DNA of 64,000 nucleotides, from positions 5,555 to 69,554 of the forward strand of contig JAFTUH010000035.1 of the NCBI GenBank assembly GCA_017466375.1, in the 5' to 3' direction. Of this stretch, positions 15,455 to 27,200 are shown piece after piece (positions within the stretch are counted from its first letter, which is position 1; each line of letters opens with the position of its first letter). A program made the translations under genes and the position numbers. The stretch comes from Clostridia bacterium. Its GTDB lineage: Bacteria; Bacillota; Clostridia; Oscillospirales; CAG-272. The notes under the pieces were generated by a model, which saw only the letters and a program-made list of their open reading frames with translations, had not been told where the DNA came from and made no database searches.

Positions 15455-18400
15455 TCAGGCGTTCTTTTTTGCGCCTTTCTTAGCAAGAATCAGAGACGCT
15501 GCAATGACGACCGCAATCACAGCGCCGCCGCCGATCCAAACGACGGGAGAGATGCCTCCGTCTGCACCGGGGACGTCAGGCGTAGGATCAACAAACTCGA
15601 TCCAGCCGAGGATTACGGGAGCCGTGCCGCTGACCTTGACGTACAGACCGTCTTCACCTTCCGTAACGGTGAGAAGCACGCCGTTTGCGTCAGCTGCTCG
15701 GAATGCGTGCGTGTCAGCCGCCGTTCCTTCGGGATAAGCGATCTTCACCGTCATGCCCTTGGTGGGGATAGCCGATACGTCAGTCTGTGCCCATGTATCG
15801 CCGCCGTCCTTGGAGATGATCGGAGAGAGTGCGTATACAGCCGTGTTTTCAGCAGTGTACTGCGAGTCAGCGTCGGTGATAATCATTGCCTGCATAGCTG
15901 CGGTGAGACCGGCAGCATCTGCATACGTTTCGCTGAGATTCTCGGGAACTGCGGTGAGAGCGGCAGCTTCCGCGGAAACGATCACGTCGGGTGCATATGC
16001 ATTGTCCATATCATTTACGAGGAAATCGTCGAGGAAGTACTCGAGCGTGCCGAGCGCACGGACGTGAACGTAGCAGACATAGTTGCCGATTTCAGCATCC
16101 ACGGGAACATCGATGGCTGCGCCGCCGTTGACGGAAAGGGTAGCGGCAGGTACGTCGTTCAGCAGATCGAGATTGAACTCGAAGCGGTTCCAGCCGTTCG
16201 TGAGATCAAGGGAAACCGCGGAGTCGGCACCGAGGAAAGTTGCCTTGTTTCCGTCGAGGCGGAAAGCGATCGGAGCAGCAAGACCGTACTCAAAGCCGTA
16301 AGCGGATTCAAACTCGAAGTCGAACTTTGCTTTGTCCACATTCTCAATGTACAGATCGAATGCGACCGTACCGTTCTGGAGATACGGAATCGAACGTGCT
16401 GCAGAGGAGCCGGTTGCAATGCGCATGGAGTACTTGCCTTCGGAAGCCTGCGCGTCAGAGAGACGGATTTCGCCGCCCGTCGTTGCCCAGCCTTCGTACT
16501 CGGGCGTGGTGTTCTCGAAGGTATCGTACGCACCTCTCGTGCGGAAGAAGTAATCGGTGAAATTCTCGATGCGGATCTGCTGGGAGGATGCCGCGATCAA
16601 GGTGTCGTCAATGATGGCGATTTGCGGGTTGGTGTTGTCCATAGCGGAGCCCATCATAAGACCCTGCATCGCAGTTTTGGAGTAGATATCGATGGTGTTT
16701 ACAAACGTCATCAGATTATCGTACGACACACCGATGCTGAGCGGGCAGCGGCGGAAGGATGCCTGACCGTACATGTTGTTGCCGGGCCAGAGCAAAAACT
16801 GATTGTCAGCATGGTCGAAGAGCATAGGCTGGCAGTTGACGGAGTAAACGTCGGAAAGCTCGGCGTGCGTCTGCCACGTCTTACCGTGATCCTTGGATAC
16901 GGAGCGGGAGAGCTTGAATACGTTATCATACTGGCAGCGCATGTAAACAACAACCGTGCCGTCTTTTGCTTCAAGGATACAGTGCTCGCAGTTGCCGTGC
17001 TCACGGGTGTGCGCATGTTCACCGCTTGCCTCGCCCTCGTAGTATCCGATATCATCGGGGCTGAGCGTCCATGTCAGACCGTTGTCTGTGGAATAAGCAA
17101 CACGTGTAACGCCCTGGCTGTATCCGTTGTTGTAATATTTCTCCATAGCCGGTGATGACGTATACAGCGCGTGTACGTAGTCCACGTTCGGACCGTCTCC
17201 GTCATTGCAGGAGAGACGGGCAATATTGGAATAAGAGAGCAGGTAGGAGGATTCGTATTCGCCTGTCTGCGTAAGAGGTGCCTTTTTCCAGCTTCTGCCC
17301 ATGTCATCGGAGTACATATAGCGTGTCAGCAGAACACCGTTTTCGCGGCGCCAGCCTGTCACGATGATACGTCCCGCTGCCTCGTCATAGATCGAGCCCT
17401 GCGGCACACAAAGGTAGTCGAACGAGCCGACAGCGGTAATGGCATTGCTCCAGCTTCTGCCCTTGTCGGTGGAGAGACGGTAACTGAAAGTGGCATTGTT
17501 CTCACCGCCGGAACGGAATGCCATCATGGTGCCGTTCGGGAGCGTCAGCATATAACGACTGGCGCCGACTGAGTAGGAGGTCTCAACCGTGCCGTACACG
17601 ATCTCATACACATTCGCCTTGTTGGAGATATCCTTAGCGGACGCATTGCCGGAGAGAATGTCAAGCGTTACGGAGCCGTTCTTCGGAATCTTCGTGACGC
17701 GGACGTAGAAATCCGTGCCGTCGAAATAGTGATACAGCATCTCGCCGTCGAGATAGAAGCGGACGTCAGCATTGTTCGCTGCAGCGCACTGTACGCCTGC
17801 ATCGGCGGGAGAGATCTTCGCGATATAATCGAATTTGGCGGAGTCAGCCTCATTCGTGATTGTAACAGTGCTTTCAGTGGAGAATGCGGCGCCGCCGTCT
17901 CCGAAGACGTTCTCAAAGCGTGCCTCGATCATCCTGTCGAGCGGAGCGATAAACTCTGCGTCGTTTACACCGCAGTCCGTGCAGTGTACCTTGATGTACC
18001 GTCCGGTCGCTTCGAAATCGTACAGATACGTATACATGCCGTCGCGGAGCATCTTGAACGCGGGAATTTGCGTGTATTCTTTGTTGTCGTCACTTGCCCA
18101 GATTGTGAGCATCGTTTCGTTCAGCTTGTTGATGTCGTCACTGTCCTTCAGTACGATCACGTTGACCGTTTTTGCCTCGCCGAGATCGCGGATTACGCTG
18201 TTGTTACTGCTGTCAAGCGCGAACTCGGGTACATCGGCTACCTTGCCTGTGCTCTTCTCGGGCGTGATATCCTGCTGTACGGTAAGGACGTTGCTCACGG
18301 GAGCCATTCCGGGAACGTATATGTTGAATGATTTTGTTGCTCCGGAGGCTGTTTCTGTTGCAGTCAGCGTAACCATCGTTCCGTTTTCGGCGGGACGGGT

Positions 18401-19792
18401 AACATTGCCCGTTTTGGGATCGATTACGGAAGAATCTGAAGACGACCAACTGATTGCAGAATCTTTGAAGATCGGATTGGAGAGTGTGGTCGGAAGAGTA
18501 AGATTGCCTGTTACGGCGTGGGAAGAGAAATGCTCGACATAGTTTTTCGTAAGCGCATCAAAGTGAAGAGAATCGAGCATGTTTTCGCCGTAATACTTAC
18601 CGGCGGCAAGATTGGTAACCTCGACATTGATATCGTCAGCAGCGCTTGTTGCGTTTTCGGTGTTGCGCAGGATCTGGTAGCAGATCACATTGTCAGCTGA
18701 AATACGGGTGTGCGTGCTCTCGGCATTCTTGATGACGTCGAGAATCTCACCGTCGACGTACAGGATGATGTCGCCCTCCGTTGTCCAGTTCGTACCGATG
18801 CGGAATGTGTCGCCGACCTGCTTGTTCAGCGGGCAGGAATACATCGGACCTGTGTCCTTTTCATATTTGGATGTATTCTGCAGAACGAACATAAGACCGC
18901 TGTCGGTGTTGATGATACCCATCGTCACGTAGTGATCGCTCGAATCCGTGATGTACCAGTTGAAACCGCACGTGGTGTACTCAGCCCAGAAATCGTTATC
19001 CGTACCGAGCTCGTACTCGGGCATTGCCTTTGCATGAAAATCGAATTCCACGAGCGTGTCGGCGGTACGGTCACCGAGGGGAGCGAAGTTTGCACCGCCC
19101 AGCGTTACGTATGTACGGATCGAGATGGCGACGCGGGAATCCGCATTGTAAACGTCGTACAGATTGTACCCGCCTTTGATGGGCGAGCTGTTCTGGTACG
19201 GTGTCGGCTGAGAATATGCGTGTACGAGACGCATACCGGAACGGCCGCTTCCGATACTGGAGGAGGTGCGGTTGGAGTTGTCGGCAGCAAACCAGTCGAT
19301 GGCGGTGAGAAGAATATCGCCTTCCCAGACGGCATTGCCCACCTGCACTTTGACCGGGATTTTCGTGCCGTAGCCGTCAACCGTCACGCTGAGCGTTTCA
19401 AGAGAAACCTGATACTCAACGTTCATTTTGTTGCTTGAGATTTTGGATTTTGCGTTGTCACCGTTCAGCTCAATGCCGTTTACCGTGAGCGTTACCTTTT
19501 CCTTATTATCGGTACGGACAGCGAGATACAGATTCTCATGATCCCACTGTGCGCCTGCGGTGGCGTTCTCGCCGACCTTGGTCGTCATACTCCAACCGTA
19601 TTCGGTGGTGAGACCGTTGATTTTCATCGTATCATTGGTGAATGCGGCGCGCAGTATGCTGTCGCCGGTGGTGACGGACGGGAGTGTAACCTCCGCTGCA
19701 TCAGCGGCACTTGCGGCAAAAGCGGGGGCAGCGCCGAGTACCATCAGAAGTGAAAGGACGAGGGCAATTGCTCGTTTTGTGAATGCGTGCAT
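15455..19792 (-). CDS. BNR/Asp-box sialidase-like multidomain surface protein, paralog P5 (1445 aa, long form)
   Basis: Track ORF. GGAG RBS and signal peptide MHAFTKRAIALVLSLLMVLGAAPAFA. Asp boxes STDKGRSW, SDDMGRSW, STDNGLTW, SKDHGKTW. TM tail followed by KKGAKKNA. Confidence 0.93.
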   Translation of the reverse strand: MHAFTKRAIALVLSLLMVLGAAPAFAASAADAAEVTLPSVTTGDSILRAAFTNDTMKINGLTTEYGWSMTTKVGENATAGAQWDHENLYLAVRTDNKEKVTLTVNGIELNGDNAKSKISSNKMNVEYQVSLETLSVTVDGYGTKIPVKVQVGNAVWEGDILLTAIDWFAADNSNRTSSSIGSGRSGMRLVHAYSQPTPYQNSSPIKGGYNLYDVYNADSRVAISIRTYVTLGGANFAPLGDRTADTLVEFDFHAKAMPEYELGTDNDFWAEYTTCGFNWYITDSSDHYVTMGIINTDSGLMFVLQNTSKYEKDTGPMYSCPLNKQVGDTFRIGTNWTTEGDIILYVDGEILDVIKNAESTHTRISADNVICYQILRNTENATSAADDINVEVTNLAAGKYYGENMLDSLHFDALTKNYVEHFSSHAVTGNLTLPTTLSNPIFKDSAISWSSSDSSVIDPKTGNVTRPAENGTMVTLTATETASGATKSFNIYVPGMAPVSNVLTVQQDITPEKSTGKVADVPEFALDSSNNSVIRDLGEAKTVNVIVLKDSDDINKLNETMLTIWASDDNKEYTQIPAFKMLRDGMYTYLYDFEATGRYIKVHCTDCGVNDAEFIAPLDRMIEARFENVFGDGGAAFSTESTVTITNEADSAKFDYIAKISPADAGVQCAAANNADVRFYLDGEMLYHYFDGTDFYVRVTKIPKNGSVTLDILSGNASAKDISNKANVYEIVYGTVETSYSVGASRYMLTLPNGTMMAFRSGGENNATFSYRLSTDKGRSWSNAITAVGSFDYLCVPQGSIYDEAAGRIIVTGWRRENGVLLTRYMYSDDMGRSWKKAPLTQTGEYESSYLLSYSNIARLSCNDGDGPNVDYVHALYTSSPAMEKYYNNGYSQGVTRVAYSTDNGLTWTLSPDDIGYYEGEASGEHAHTREHGNCEHCILEAKDGTVVVYMRCQYDNVFKLSRSVSKDHGKTWQTHAELSDVYSVNCQPMLFDHADNQFLLWPGNNMYGQASFRRCPLSIGVSYDNLMTFVNTIDIYSKTAMQGLMMGSAMDNTNPQIAIIDDTLIAASSQQIRIENFTDYFFRTRGAYDTFENTTPEYEGWATTGGEIRLSDAQASEGKYSMRIATGSSAARSIPYLQNGTVAFDLYIENVDKAKFDFEFESAYGFEYGLAAPIAFRLDGNKATFLGADSAVSLDLTNGWNRFEFNLDLLNDVPAATLSVNGGAAIDVPVDAEIGNYVCYVHVRALGTLEYFLDDFLVNDMDNAYAPDVIVSAEAAALTAVPENLSETYADAAGLTAAMQAMIITDADSQYTAENTAVYALSPIISKDGGDTWAQTDVSAIPTKGMTVKIAYPEGTAADTHAFRAADANGVLLTVTEGEDGLYVKVSGTAPVILGWIEFVDPTPDVPGADGGISPVVWIGGGAVIAVVIAASLILAKKGAKKNA

Positions 19793-19944
19793 GGGTATCT
19801 CCTTTATATAAAAATTTTACTGCTTACATTATACAGTATTTACCGAAAAAGAGAAAGAACTTTGTTTTCAACAAAAGTGCAGTTTTTGGAAACATTCGGG
19901 TGATACAGGAACAACCGGCAATTTCTGTACAGTGTGCTGTATTA

Positions 19945-19973
19945 ATTTTAGCAAATAGTCGGGTAATTGTCAA
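19945..19973 (-). promoter_or_regulatory. P5 distal promoter candidate
   Basis: The minus strand reads TTGACA-attacccgactatttgc-TAAAAT (17-nt spacer, TGc before the -10). This gives a leader of ~150 nt. A second TATAAT at 19828-19833 lacks a good -35. Confidence 0.55.
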
Positions 19974-20023
19974 TACAGTATTTCCTGTTTGGCGGATTAA
20001 CCCGAGATTTGAGCAATAGAACC

Positions 20024-20056
20024 AAAAAAAGCCGGCCGACAGAAGCCTGCCGACCG
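20024..20056 (-). terminator. Probable intrinsic terminator after P6
   Basis: A 9-bp stem with two G-U wobbles on the minus-strand RNA, followed by GC and T7. Confidence 0.55.
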
Positions 20057-20065
20057 ACCGGGGAT

Positions 20066-23000
20066 TTATGCGCTTTTCTTTTTGGATTTGGAGATCATCA
20101 GAACAGCGATCACTGCGATTACGACTGCAGCTGTGCCGATAGCAATCCAGATACCGACGGGGAAACCGTCTTCTGCGGAATCACCGCCGATCGGATCTGT
20201 GCCGTCGGGATCACCGGAGGAGACATCAGAGCCGTCGGGATTGGGTGCTGCGCCGGCGGATACAGTGACTGCGGGAGCACTGTCCAGATCCTGAATCAGG
20301 AAAGAGTCAACGTAGTGCGTCTGCGTATCCAAAGAGGAGAACGAAACAAACGTCGCGTATGCGCCGACCTCTGCGTTGACAGGAACGGAAGCAGCCGCAC
20401 CGCCGTTTACCGAAAGGGAAGCGGAAGGCGTTTCGCTGTCCATGGCGAGATCAAACGAGAAGTGGTTCCAGCCGTTCTTCAGATCCAGCGTGACTGCGGA
20501 ATCCGCGCCGAGGAAATGCGCCTTGTTTCCGTTAAGCGTGAAGGCGATCGGCGCTGCCTCGCCGTACTTGCGGCTGAAGCCTGCCTCAAATTCAAACTCG
20601 AGCTTTACGCTATTCACGTCCTCAATGTACAGATCAAACGATACAGCGCCGTTCTGCACCTGCGGAATAGAACGGACTGCGTTTGTACCGGCAGTCATAT
20701 ACATGGACTTGGTGCCGTCGGTGGCAAATGCATCGGAGATACCGATTTCACCGCCGTCGATCATCCAGCCCTCATACTTGACGCTGCTGTTTTCAAAGGA
20801 GTCGTATACGCCCTTCGTTTTGAAGAAATAGTCCTGATAGTTGTTGATTCGGATCGAACGAAGATCCCATCCGACATACAGATCATCACCGATAACAGCC
20901 GCCTTCGGGTTGACAAGGTCGCGCTCCTCGCTGACGCGCAGACCCTGGAAGGATGTGCGGGAGAAAGCATCCTGAATGCCTTCGATTTCCATCAGCGCAT
21001 CGTCATAGAAAATACCGATATTCATGGGATAGCGGCGGAAGGAATCCTGACCGTACAGCGTGTTGCCCGCCCACAGCATGAAGTTGTATCCGTTATCCGA
21101 CCACATTTCCGGCTGTGTATTGGTGCCGTATATGTCGGAGAGTTCAGCATCCTCCCACGTTTTTCCGTAGTCGTGGGATACGGCGATTGCCAGCTTGGTC
21201 AATCCGTCGAACTGACAGCGCAGATACGCAACGATATCGCCGTTCGGTGCTTCGAGAAAGGCACCCTCGCTGAGTCCCATCTCACGTCTGTGAACGCCTT
21301 CACCGCCGTGGAAGAAGATCTCGTTATCACTCAAATACCACGTTAAACCGCCGTCATTCGTGTAAATCGTGCGGCTTGACGTGATTTCGTATCCTGTGTT
21401 ATACTCATCAGTCATAGCATCGGAGAAGTGGTGAACCATGAAGATATAGTCTGTGTTCGGACCTTCTCCGTCATAGATGGATGTCTGAATAATGTCGCAG
21501 TAGGAGTAAAGGAAGTTCGGAATCTCACCGTTGGGAGCGATAAACTCTGCCTTTTCCCAGTTTTTGCCCATGTCATCCGAGTACATAAAGCTGGTTTCGC
21601 ACTTGCTGTAATCGTTCGGACCGCCGCTCGGGTCATGGTAGAAGGTGTTGCCGGCGAGGATAATTCTGCCGCTTTCTTCATCCTGGTACATACCGATCGG
21701 ACGGGTAAGAAATCCATACGAACCAACACCGGCCTGGTTTCCGATCCAGGTGTAGCCGTTGTCCTTCGAAAGGCTGTAAAGGAATGTGCCTTCCTCGTAC
21801 AGTGTGCTGTTTCGGAAGCTCATGAGCGTACCGTTCGAGAGAGGCAGAACCCAGCGGGATTTCGGCGGATTGCCGAGATAGGTATGTCTGGTTCCGTATA
21901 CTGCCTCGTAGACGTATTCCTTGTCGGAGATATTCATAGCATCGGCGTTGCCGGAGAGCACTTTCAGCGTCACAGCACCGTTTGCCGGGATCTCCGTGAC
22001 GCGGACTTCAAAATTTTCACCGTTGTAGTAGTGATACAGAAGTGCATCGCCGAGATAGAAGCGAACGTCGGATTTATCCTCCTTGAGACAGTTGACACCT
22101 GCCTCAGCGGGGGAGATGATGACGGCGGTATCGTACTGAACGGCAGCAGTTTCGTTGGTGACAGTCACAGCACTTTCCGTTGCAAATGCGGTATTGCCTG
22201 CGCCGAATACGTCTTCAAAGTACGCGTCGATCATGCCGTCAAGCGGGCCGATAAAATCGGAATCCGGGATATAGTGGGATGTGCAGTTGACTTTAATATA
22301 TCGACCGGTCATTTCAAAATCGTACAGATATGTGTACTGACCGGCGCGGAGAATCTTGAAGGAGCCGCCATCGGTGTATGTTTTGTTGTCCTCGCTTGTC
22401 CAGATCGTGAGCATGCTTTCGTTCAGACAGGTAACATCGTCGCCGTCTTTCAAAACGATTACATTGACCGTTTTCGATTCGCCCATGTCAAGGATTATAC
22501 TGTTGTGTGTCTGATCGAGTGCGTATTCGTGTACATCCACAAGCGTTCCGACGCCACTGTGTGCGGCGATATCGTTGTAAACTGTCAGGATATTGCCGGC
22601 GGGCGAGAGTCCCTTGACAAAGATTTCGATTTCCTTCGATGCGCCGTCGGAAGCCTTGGCGGTCAGCGTGACGAGCTTTCCGTTTGCAGCCGGGCGGGTG
22701 ACCTTGCCGGTTGCAGGATCAATCACGGAAGGATCAGAGGACTCCCACGTAAGCTTGACGGGCGTTTCAAAATGCGGATGGAAGAAATCCTTCATCAGCG
22801 TGAGACGCTCAGTAACCGAGTACTGATTGACGTTCTTATCGACGCTGCCCTGAATCATGGGGAAGCTGACGTAGTCAACAGGCGACTCGCCGTAATACTT
22901 ACCGATGGCAAGGCCGGTTACGTCAATATCAAAACTGTCAGCTTCGGAGGCAGGGGCTTCGTGGTTTCGGGTAGTACCGATCGTAACTTTAGCGGAACCG

Positions 23001-24061
23001 AAATACTCATCGTCAAAACGTACGTTTTCGAAGTAAGCGACTGCAGCTCCGTCGATAAACAGCGTTACGCCGTTTTTGGCATCCGTAAGAACGCCGACGC
23101 GGAACGTGTCACCGAGTTTTTTATTCAGCAGATAGCTTCCGTTATCCTCTTCGTCAAAGACCTGAAATACAAGACCGATTTCGGTATTGACAATGGAGAA
23201 GGAGTAACCGCCGGCCACTGCGGCATCCGCAGCGTCGTGAATCTCCCAAATAAATCCGCAGCTGGGATGGTAGGGGAAGAGATCGGTTGATTCGCCGAGT
23301 TTGTATACGGGCATGCTGTGCGCCGTAAAGTCGAACTCAACAATCGATCCGATCGAGCGGTCGTTAAGCGGAGCATATTTTTCATCCGCCCAGCTTGTAT
23401 AGGATATAATGGCGGAAGGATTTGCGGCACCTTTTACGTATTTGTCAAAGAATTTGTATCCGCCTGTGATTGTGTCCGTTCCCTGATTTTTGTCCGGTGC
23501 GCAGTTGACGTGCACGATACGCAGTCCCGATTGGCTGGATAAGGATTTAGAGGCTGTGTAGGAGGGGTTGTCAGCGGAGAGCCACTGAATTGAGGAAAGA
23601 ACGATCGAGCCTTCCCATACGTTATTGCCGAGGACAATTTTTGCTGAGATAGTCTCGCCGTAGGCACCGGTGAGACCGATCGTCTGAAAAGAAACGGCAA
23701 TTTCCGCGCTCTTTTTTTTCGTCGGGATTTTGATCGTCGCATTATCCTTGGTGAGCAGAACGCCATTCAGCGTTACAGTGAAGTCTGCCTGGGCATTATT
23801 GCGCATGCCGAGGTACAGCGTGTCCCGCGTCCACTGCGCGGCGAATGCGGCATCATCCCCGATTTTTCCGGTCATTGCCCAGCCGCTTTCGGTTGTTGAA
23901 CCGTTCATTTTGATTTCCTTATCCGTATAAGCCGCGCGGACAACGCCGTCGGTATACACGGCGAGGCTGTCGGTCGCGGTCTTGTCCTCAGCCGCAAAAG
24001 CAGGGAGGATCGCTGAGGAAACCATCAACAAGGTGATGATCAGGGCCAGAAAACGTTTCAT
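20066..24061 (-). CDS. BNR/Asp-box sialidase-like multidomain surface protein, paralog P6 (1331 aa, short form)
   Basis: Track ORF. AGGAG RBS and signal peptide MKRFLALIITLLMVSSAILPAFA. Asp boxes SKDNGYTW, SDDMGKNW, TNDGGLTW, SHDYGKTW. TM tail followed by SKSKKKSA. Confidence 0.93.
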   Translation of the reverse strand: MKRFLALIITLLMVSSAILPAFAAEDKTATDSLAVYTDGVVRAAYTDKEIKMNGSTTESGWAMTGKIGDDAAFAAQWTRDTLYLGMRNNAQADFTVTLNGVLLTKDNATIKIPTKKKSAEIAVSFQTIGLTGAYGETISAKIVLGNNVWEGSIVLSSIQWLSADNPSYTASKSLSSQSGLRIVHVNCAPDKNQGTDTITGGYKFFDKYVKGAANPSAIISYTSWADEKYAPLNDRSIGSIVEFDFTAHSMPVYKLGESTDLFPYHPSCGFIWEIHDAADAAVAGGYSFSIVNTEIGLVFQVFDEEDNGSYLLNKKLGDTFRVGVLTDAKNGVTLFIDGAAVAYFENVRFDDEYFGSAKVTIGTTRNHEAPASEADSFDIDVTGLAIGKYYGESPVDYVSFPMIQGSVDKNVNQYSVTERLTLMKDFFHPHFETPVKLTWESSDPSVIDPATGKVTRPAANGKLVTLTAKASDGASKEIEIFVKGLSPAGNILTVYNDIAAHSGVGTLVDVHEYALDQTHNSIILDMGESKTVNVIVLKDGDDVTCLNESMLTIWTSEDNKTYTDGGSFKILRAGQYTYLYDFEMTGRYIKVNCTSHYIPDSDFIGPLDGMIDAYFEDVFGAGNTAFATESAVTVTNETAAVQYDTAVIISPAEAGVNCLKEDKSDVRFYLGDALLYHYYNGENFEVRVTEIPANGAVTLKVLSGNADAMNISDKEYVYEAVYGTRHTYLGNPPKSRWVLPLSNGTLMSFRNSTLYEEGTFLYSLSKDNGYTWIGNQAGVGSYGFLTRPIGMYQDEESGRIILAGNTFYHDPSGGPNDYSKCETSFMYSDDMGKNWEKAEFIAPNGEIPNFLYSYCDIIQTSIYDGEGPNTDYIFMVHHFSDAMTDEYNTGYEITSSRTIYTNDGGLTWYLSDNEIFFHGGEGVHRREMGLSEGAFLEAPNGDIVAYLRCQFDGLTKLAIAVSHDYGKTWEDAELSDIYGTNTQPEMWSDNGYNFMLWAGNTLYGQDSFRRYPMNIGIFYDDALMEIEGIQDAFSRTSFQGLRVSEERDLVNPKAAVIGDDLYVGWDLRSIRINNYQDYFFKTKGVYDSFENSSVKYEGWMIDGGEIGISDAFATDGTKSMYMTAGTNAVRSIPQVQNGAVSFDLYIEDVNSVKLEFEFEAGFSRKYGEAAPIAFTLNGNKAHFLGADSAVTLDLKNGWNHFSFDLAMDSETPSASLSVNGGAAASVPVNAEVGAYATFVSFSSLDTQTHYVDSFLIQDLDSAPAVTVSAGAAPNPDGSDVSSGDPDGTDPIGGDSAEDGFPVGIWIAIGTAAVVIAVIAVLMISKSKKKSA

Positions 24062-24106
24062 AAATTTACTCCTTACGGGGTTTGTGGTTTTAGTTTAACT
24101 GTTAAT

Positions 24107-24135
24107 AGTATAAAAGAAAAAACGGATGTTGACAA
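24107..24135 (-). promoter_or_regulatory. P6 promoter candidate (weaker match)
   Basis: The minus strand reads TTGTCA-N17-TATACT. Confidence 0.4.
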
Positions 24136-24221
24136 TGCTTTTAAGAGACAAAAAATTCTTGTTAATGTCCGAAAACATTAAGTACAGAAAAAGGGCGCAG
24201 GCTGTGATTTTATTGGAAACG

Positions 24222-24258
24222 ATAAAAAGAGCACGGTCACCCCTTCGAGCGACCGTGC
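24222..24258 (-). terminator. Intrinsic terminator after P7
   Basis: Stem gcacggtc/gaccgtgc followed by TCTTTTTAT on the minus strand. Confidence 0.75.
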
Positions 24259-24264
24259 GGTGGT

Positions 24265-27200
24265 TTATGCGGATTTCTTTTTTGTCTTGGAGATTACGAT
24301 AACAGCGATCGCTGCGATCACGAGTACAGCCGCACCGATACCGATCCATGCGCCGACCGGGATAGCGCCTTCGACGGAGATGGTGGGCATATCGACGGTC
24401 TCGTCAGCCGCTTCTGCCCACGCGAGGATCACGGGGGAGGCGTCGGTAACTTTAATCTTAAGACCGTTTTCGGTCTCGGCGACTGAGAGAGATTTGCCGT
24501 TTGCATCCGCTGCGCGGAAAGCGTGCGTGTCTGCCGCCGTTCCCTCAGGATACGCGATCATTACCGTCATACCGGAAGCAGGGATATCCTCAGCGGAAGC
24601 AGCAGTCCATTCGCCGCCATCCTTAGAGGTGATCGGAGACAGCGCGTAAACAGCCGTGTTCTCCGCGGTGTATCCTTCGCCTGCCTCGGAAAGAACGGTG
24701 CTCTGCATAGCGCCCGTCAGCGCGGTGACATCTGCGTATGTCTCGGTGAGGTTTTCGGGAACTTCGGTGAGGGGGGCGGTCTCTGCCGTTACAACGACGT
24801 CGGGAATGTACGAGTTGTCCGTATCGTTGATGTAGAATGCATCAAGATAATAATCCAGCGAACCGAGGCAGCTCATATGTGCGTAGCAGGCATAGTCGCC
24901 GACCTCAATGTTTACAGGAATCTCGATTGCCGTGCCGCTGTTTACGGAAACGGTAGCGGCAGGTGTCTCAGCCGTCAGTGCCAGATGGATTTCGAAATGG
25001 TTCCAGCCCGTATTCAGATTCAGTGCCGCCGTTTTGTCACTTCCGAAGAAGGACAGCTCATTGCCCTCTACGCGAAGTGCGATCGGTGCCGCCTCGCCGA
25101 ATTTGCGGCTGGAGGCGGATTCAAGCTCAAACTCGAATTTTGCCTTGTTCACATCGGAAACGTAGATATCAAACGCAACCGTTCCGTTCTGGAGATACGG
25201 GATCGAACGGCGGCCGGAGGCACCTGCTTTCATGAGCATCGATTTTGTGCCGTCGGTGGCAAAATCATTGCTGACGGAGAGGTCACCGCCATCGTATGCC
25301 CAACCCTCGTATTTTGCCGTTGTCTGCTCGAAAGAGTCGTATGCGCCCTTTGTCTTGAAGAAGTAATCGAGGTAGTTATCCACACGGATCGTGCGGTAGG
25401 AGTATGCCGTGAGCAGGGAATCGCCTGCTTTCACAACCTGCGGATTGGTGCCGTCGCGTTCAGGGCTTATGCGGTTACCGTACAGACCGGTGTACAGGAA
25501 CATATCCTGAATGCCGTCCAGCTCTCTGAGCTCGTCATCCGTGAAATAACCGACGCTCAATGGATCACGGCGGTAGGAACCGTTTCCGTACATATTGTTG
25601 CCGGTCCACATGAGGAATTTGTAATCTTCATAATCGTACAGCATCGGCTGTGTATTGACGGAATATACGTCGGAAAGTTCTACGTCCGACCAGGTGATGC
25701 CGTGGTCCTTGGAAACGGCATAGCCGAGCTTATATACATCTTCAAACTGGCAGCGCGCGTACATAACGATGTCGCCGTTCGGTGCCTCGAGGATATTCTG
25801 CTCGGAGATACCCATCTCGCGGATATGGGGGATATCGCTTTGGGAGTCGTAGTAGCCGATTTCATCGGGGCTGAGCGTCCACGTCTTGCCGCAGTCCGTT
25901 GTATAAGCGACACGTCCGACGCATACGCCGTAGCCGTAATCGTAGTAGTCCGTCATTGTGGGCGATTCGTGACCGAGCACGTGGAGGAAGTCCACACCGG
26001 GTCCGTCCTCACCGTCATAGGAGTGGGTAGCTTTGATGATCGTTGCATAGGAAAGGAGGTATCTCGAATCATATCCCTCCACCGTAAGCGGTGCTTTATG
26101 CCACGTTCTGCCCATGTCATCGGAGTACATATAGCGCGTTTCCAGGAGCGTCTGGTCTTCGCCGCGGCGCCATCCGGTTACGAGAATGCGTCCGGAATCC
26201 TCATCGTAGATCTGACCTTGCGGAACGACGGCGTAATCATAGGAGCCCTGTGCGGTGATGTTGCCGCTCCAGCTTCTGCCCTGGTCGGTGGAGATTCTGT
26301 AAACAAAGGCAGCATTTGCCTGAGCGACGTTTACAAACGCCATCAGATTGCCGTTTGGAAGCTCGATCCACCAGCGGCTGCTGTAGCCGTAGGTCTCTTT
26401 CGTACCGTATATGACTTCGTATACCGCTTCTTTATTGGAAATATCTTTCGCGTCGGCGTTGCCGGAGAGGACTTTCAGCGTAACGGAATCGTTTTTCGGA
26501 ATCTTCGTGACGCGCACTTGGAAATTCGTGCCGTCAAAGAAGTGATACAGAAGTTCTCCGTCGAGATAGAAGCGTACGTCTGCGTAATTTTCAGCGAGGC
26601 TGTTCACGCCTGCATCTGCCGGGGAGATCAGGGATACAGTGTCAAACTGTGCAGTGTCCGTGTCATTCGTCAGCGTAACGGAGCTTTCGGTGGCGAATGC
26701 AGTGCCGCCGTCCCCGAAGACGTTGCTGTATTCTGCGTTAATCATGTCCTCAAGCGGACCGATGAAGTCTGCATCGTACGTATAGTGGGACGTGCAGTGT
26801 ACCTTTATGTAGCGTGCAGTTGCTTCAAAATCGTACAGATACGTGTACTGACCGTCCCGCAGGAGCTTGAACGCGGGGACTTGTGTATACGTTTTGTTGT
26901 CATCGCTCGTCCAGATTGTGAGCATGGTGGCGTTCAGTCGGGTGACATCGTCTCCATCCGTCAGCGTGATTACGTTGACCGTTTTGGACTCACCGAGATC
27001 GCGGATGATACTGTTGTTCTTCTGGTCAAAGACAAACTCATGTACGTCCGTGATTTCGCCTGCACCTTTCTGCGTGGTAAGATCGTTCTCGGCAGCAAGG
27101 ACGTTGCCTACCGGTGCGAGTCCCTTTACAAAGATCTCGATCTCTTTGGAGGCACCGTCTGCACCTTTCGCCGTCAGCGTGACGAGCTTGCCGTTTGCGG

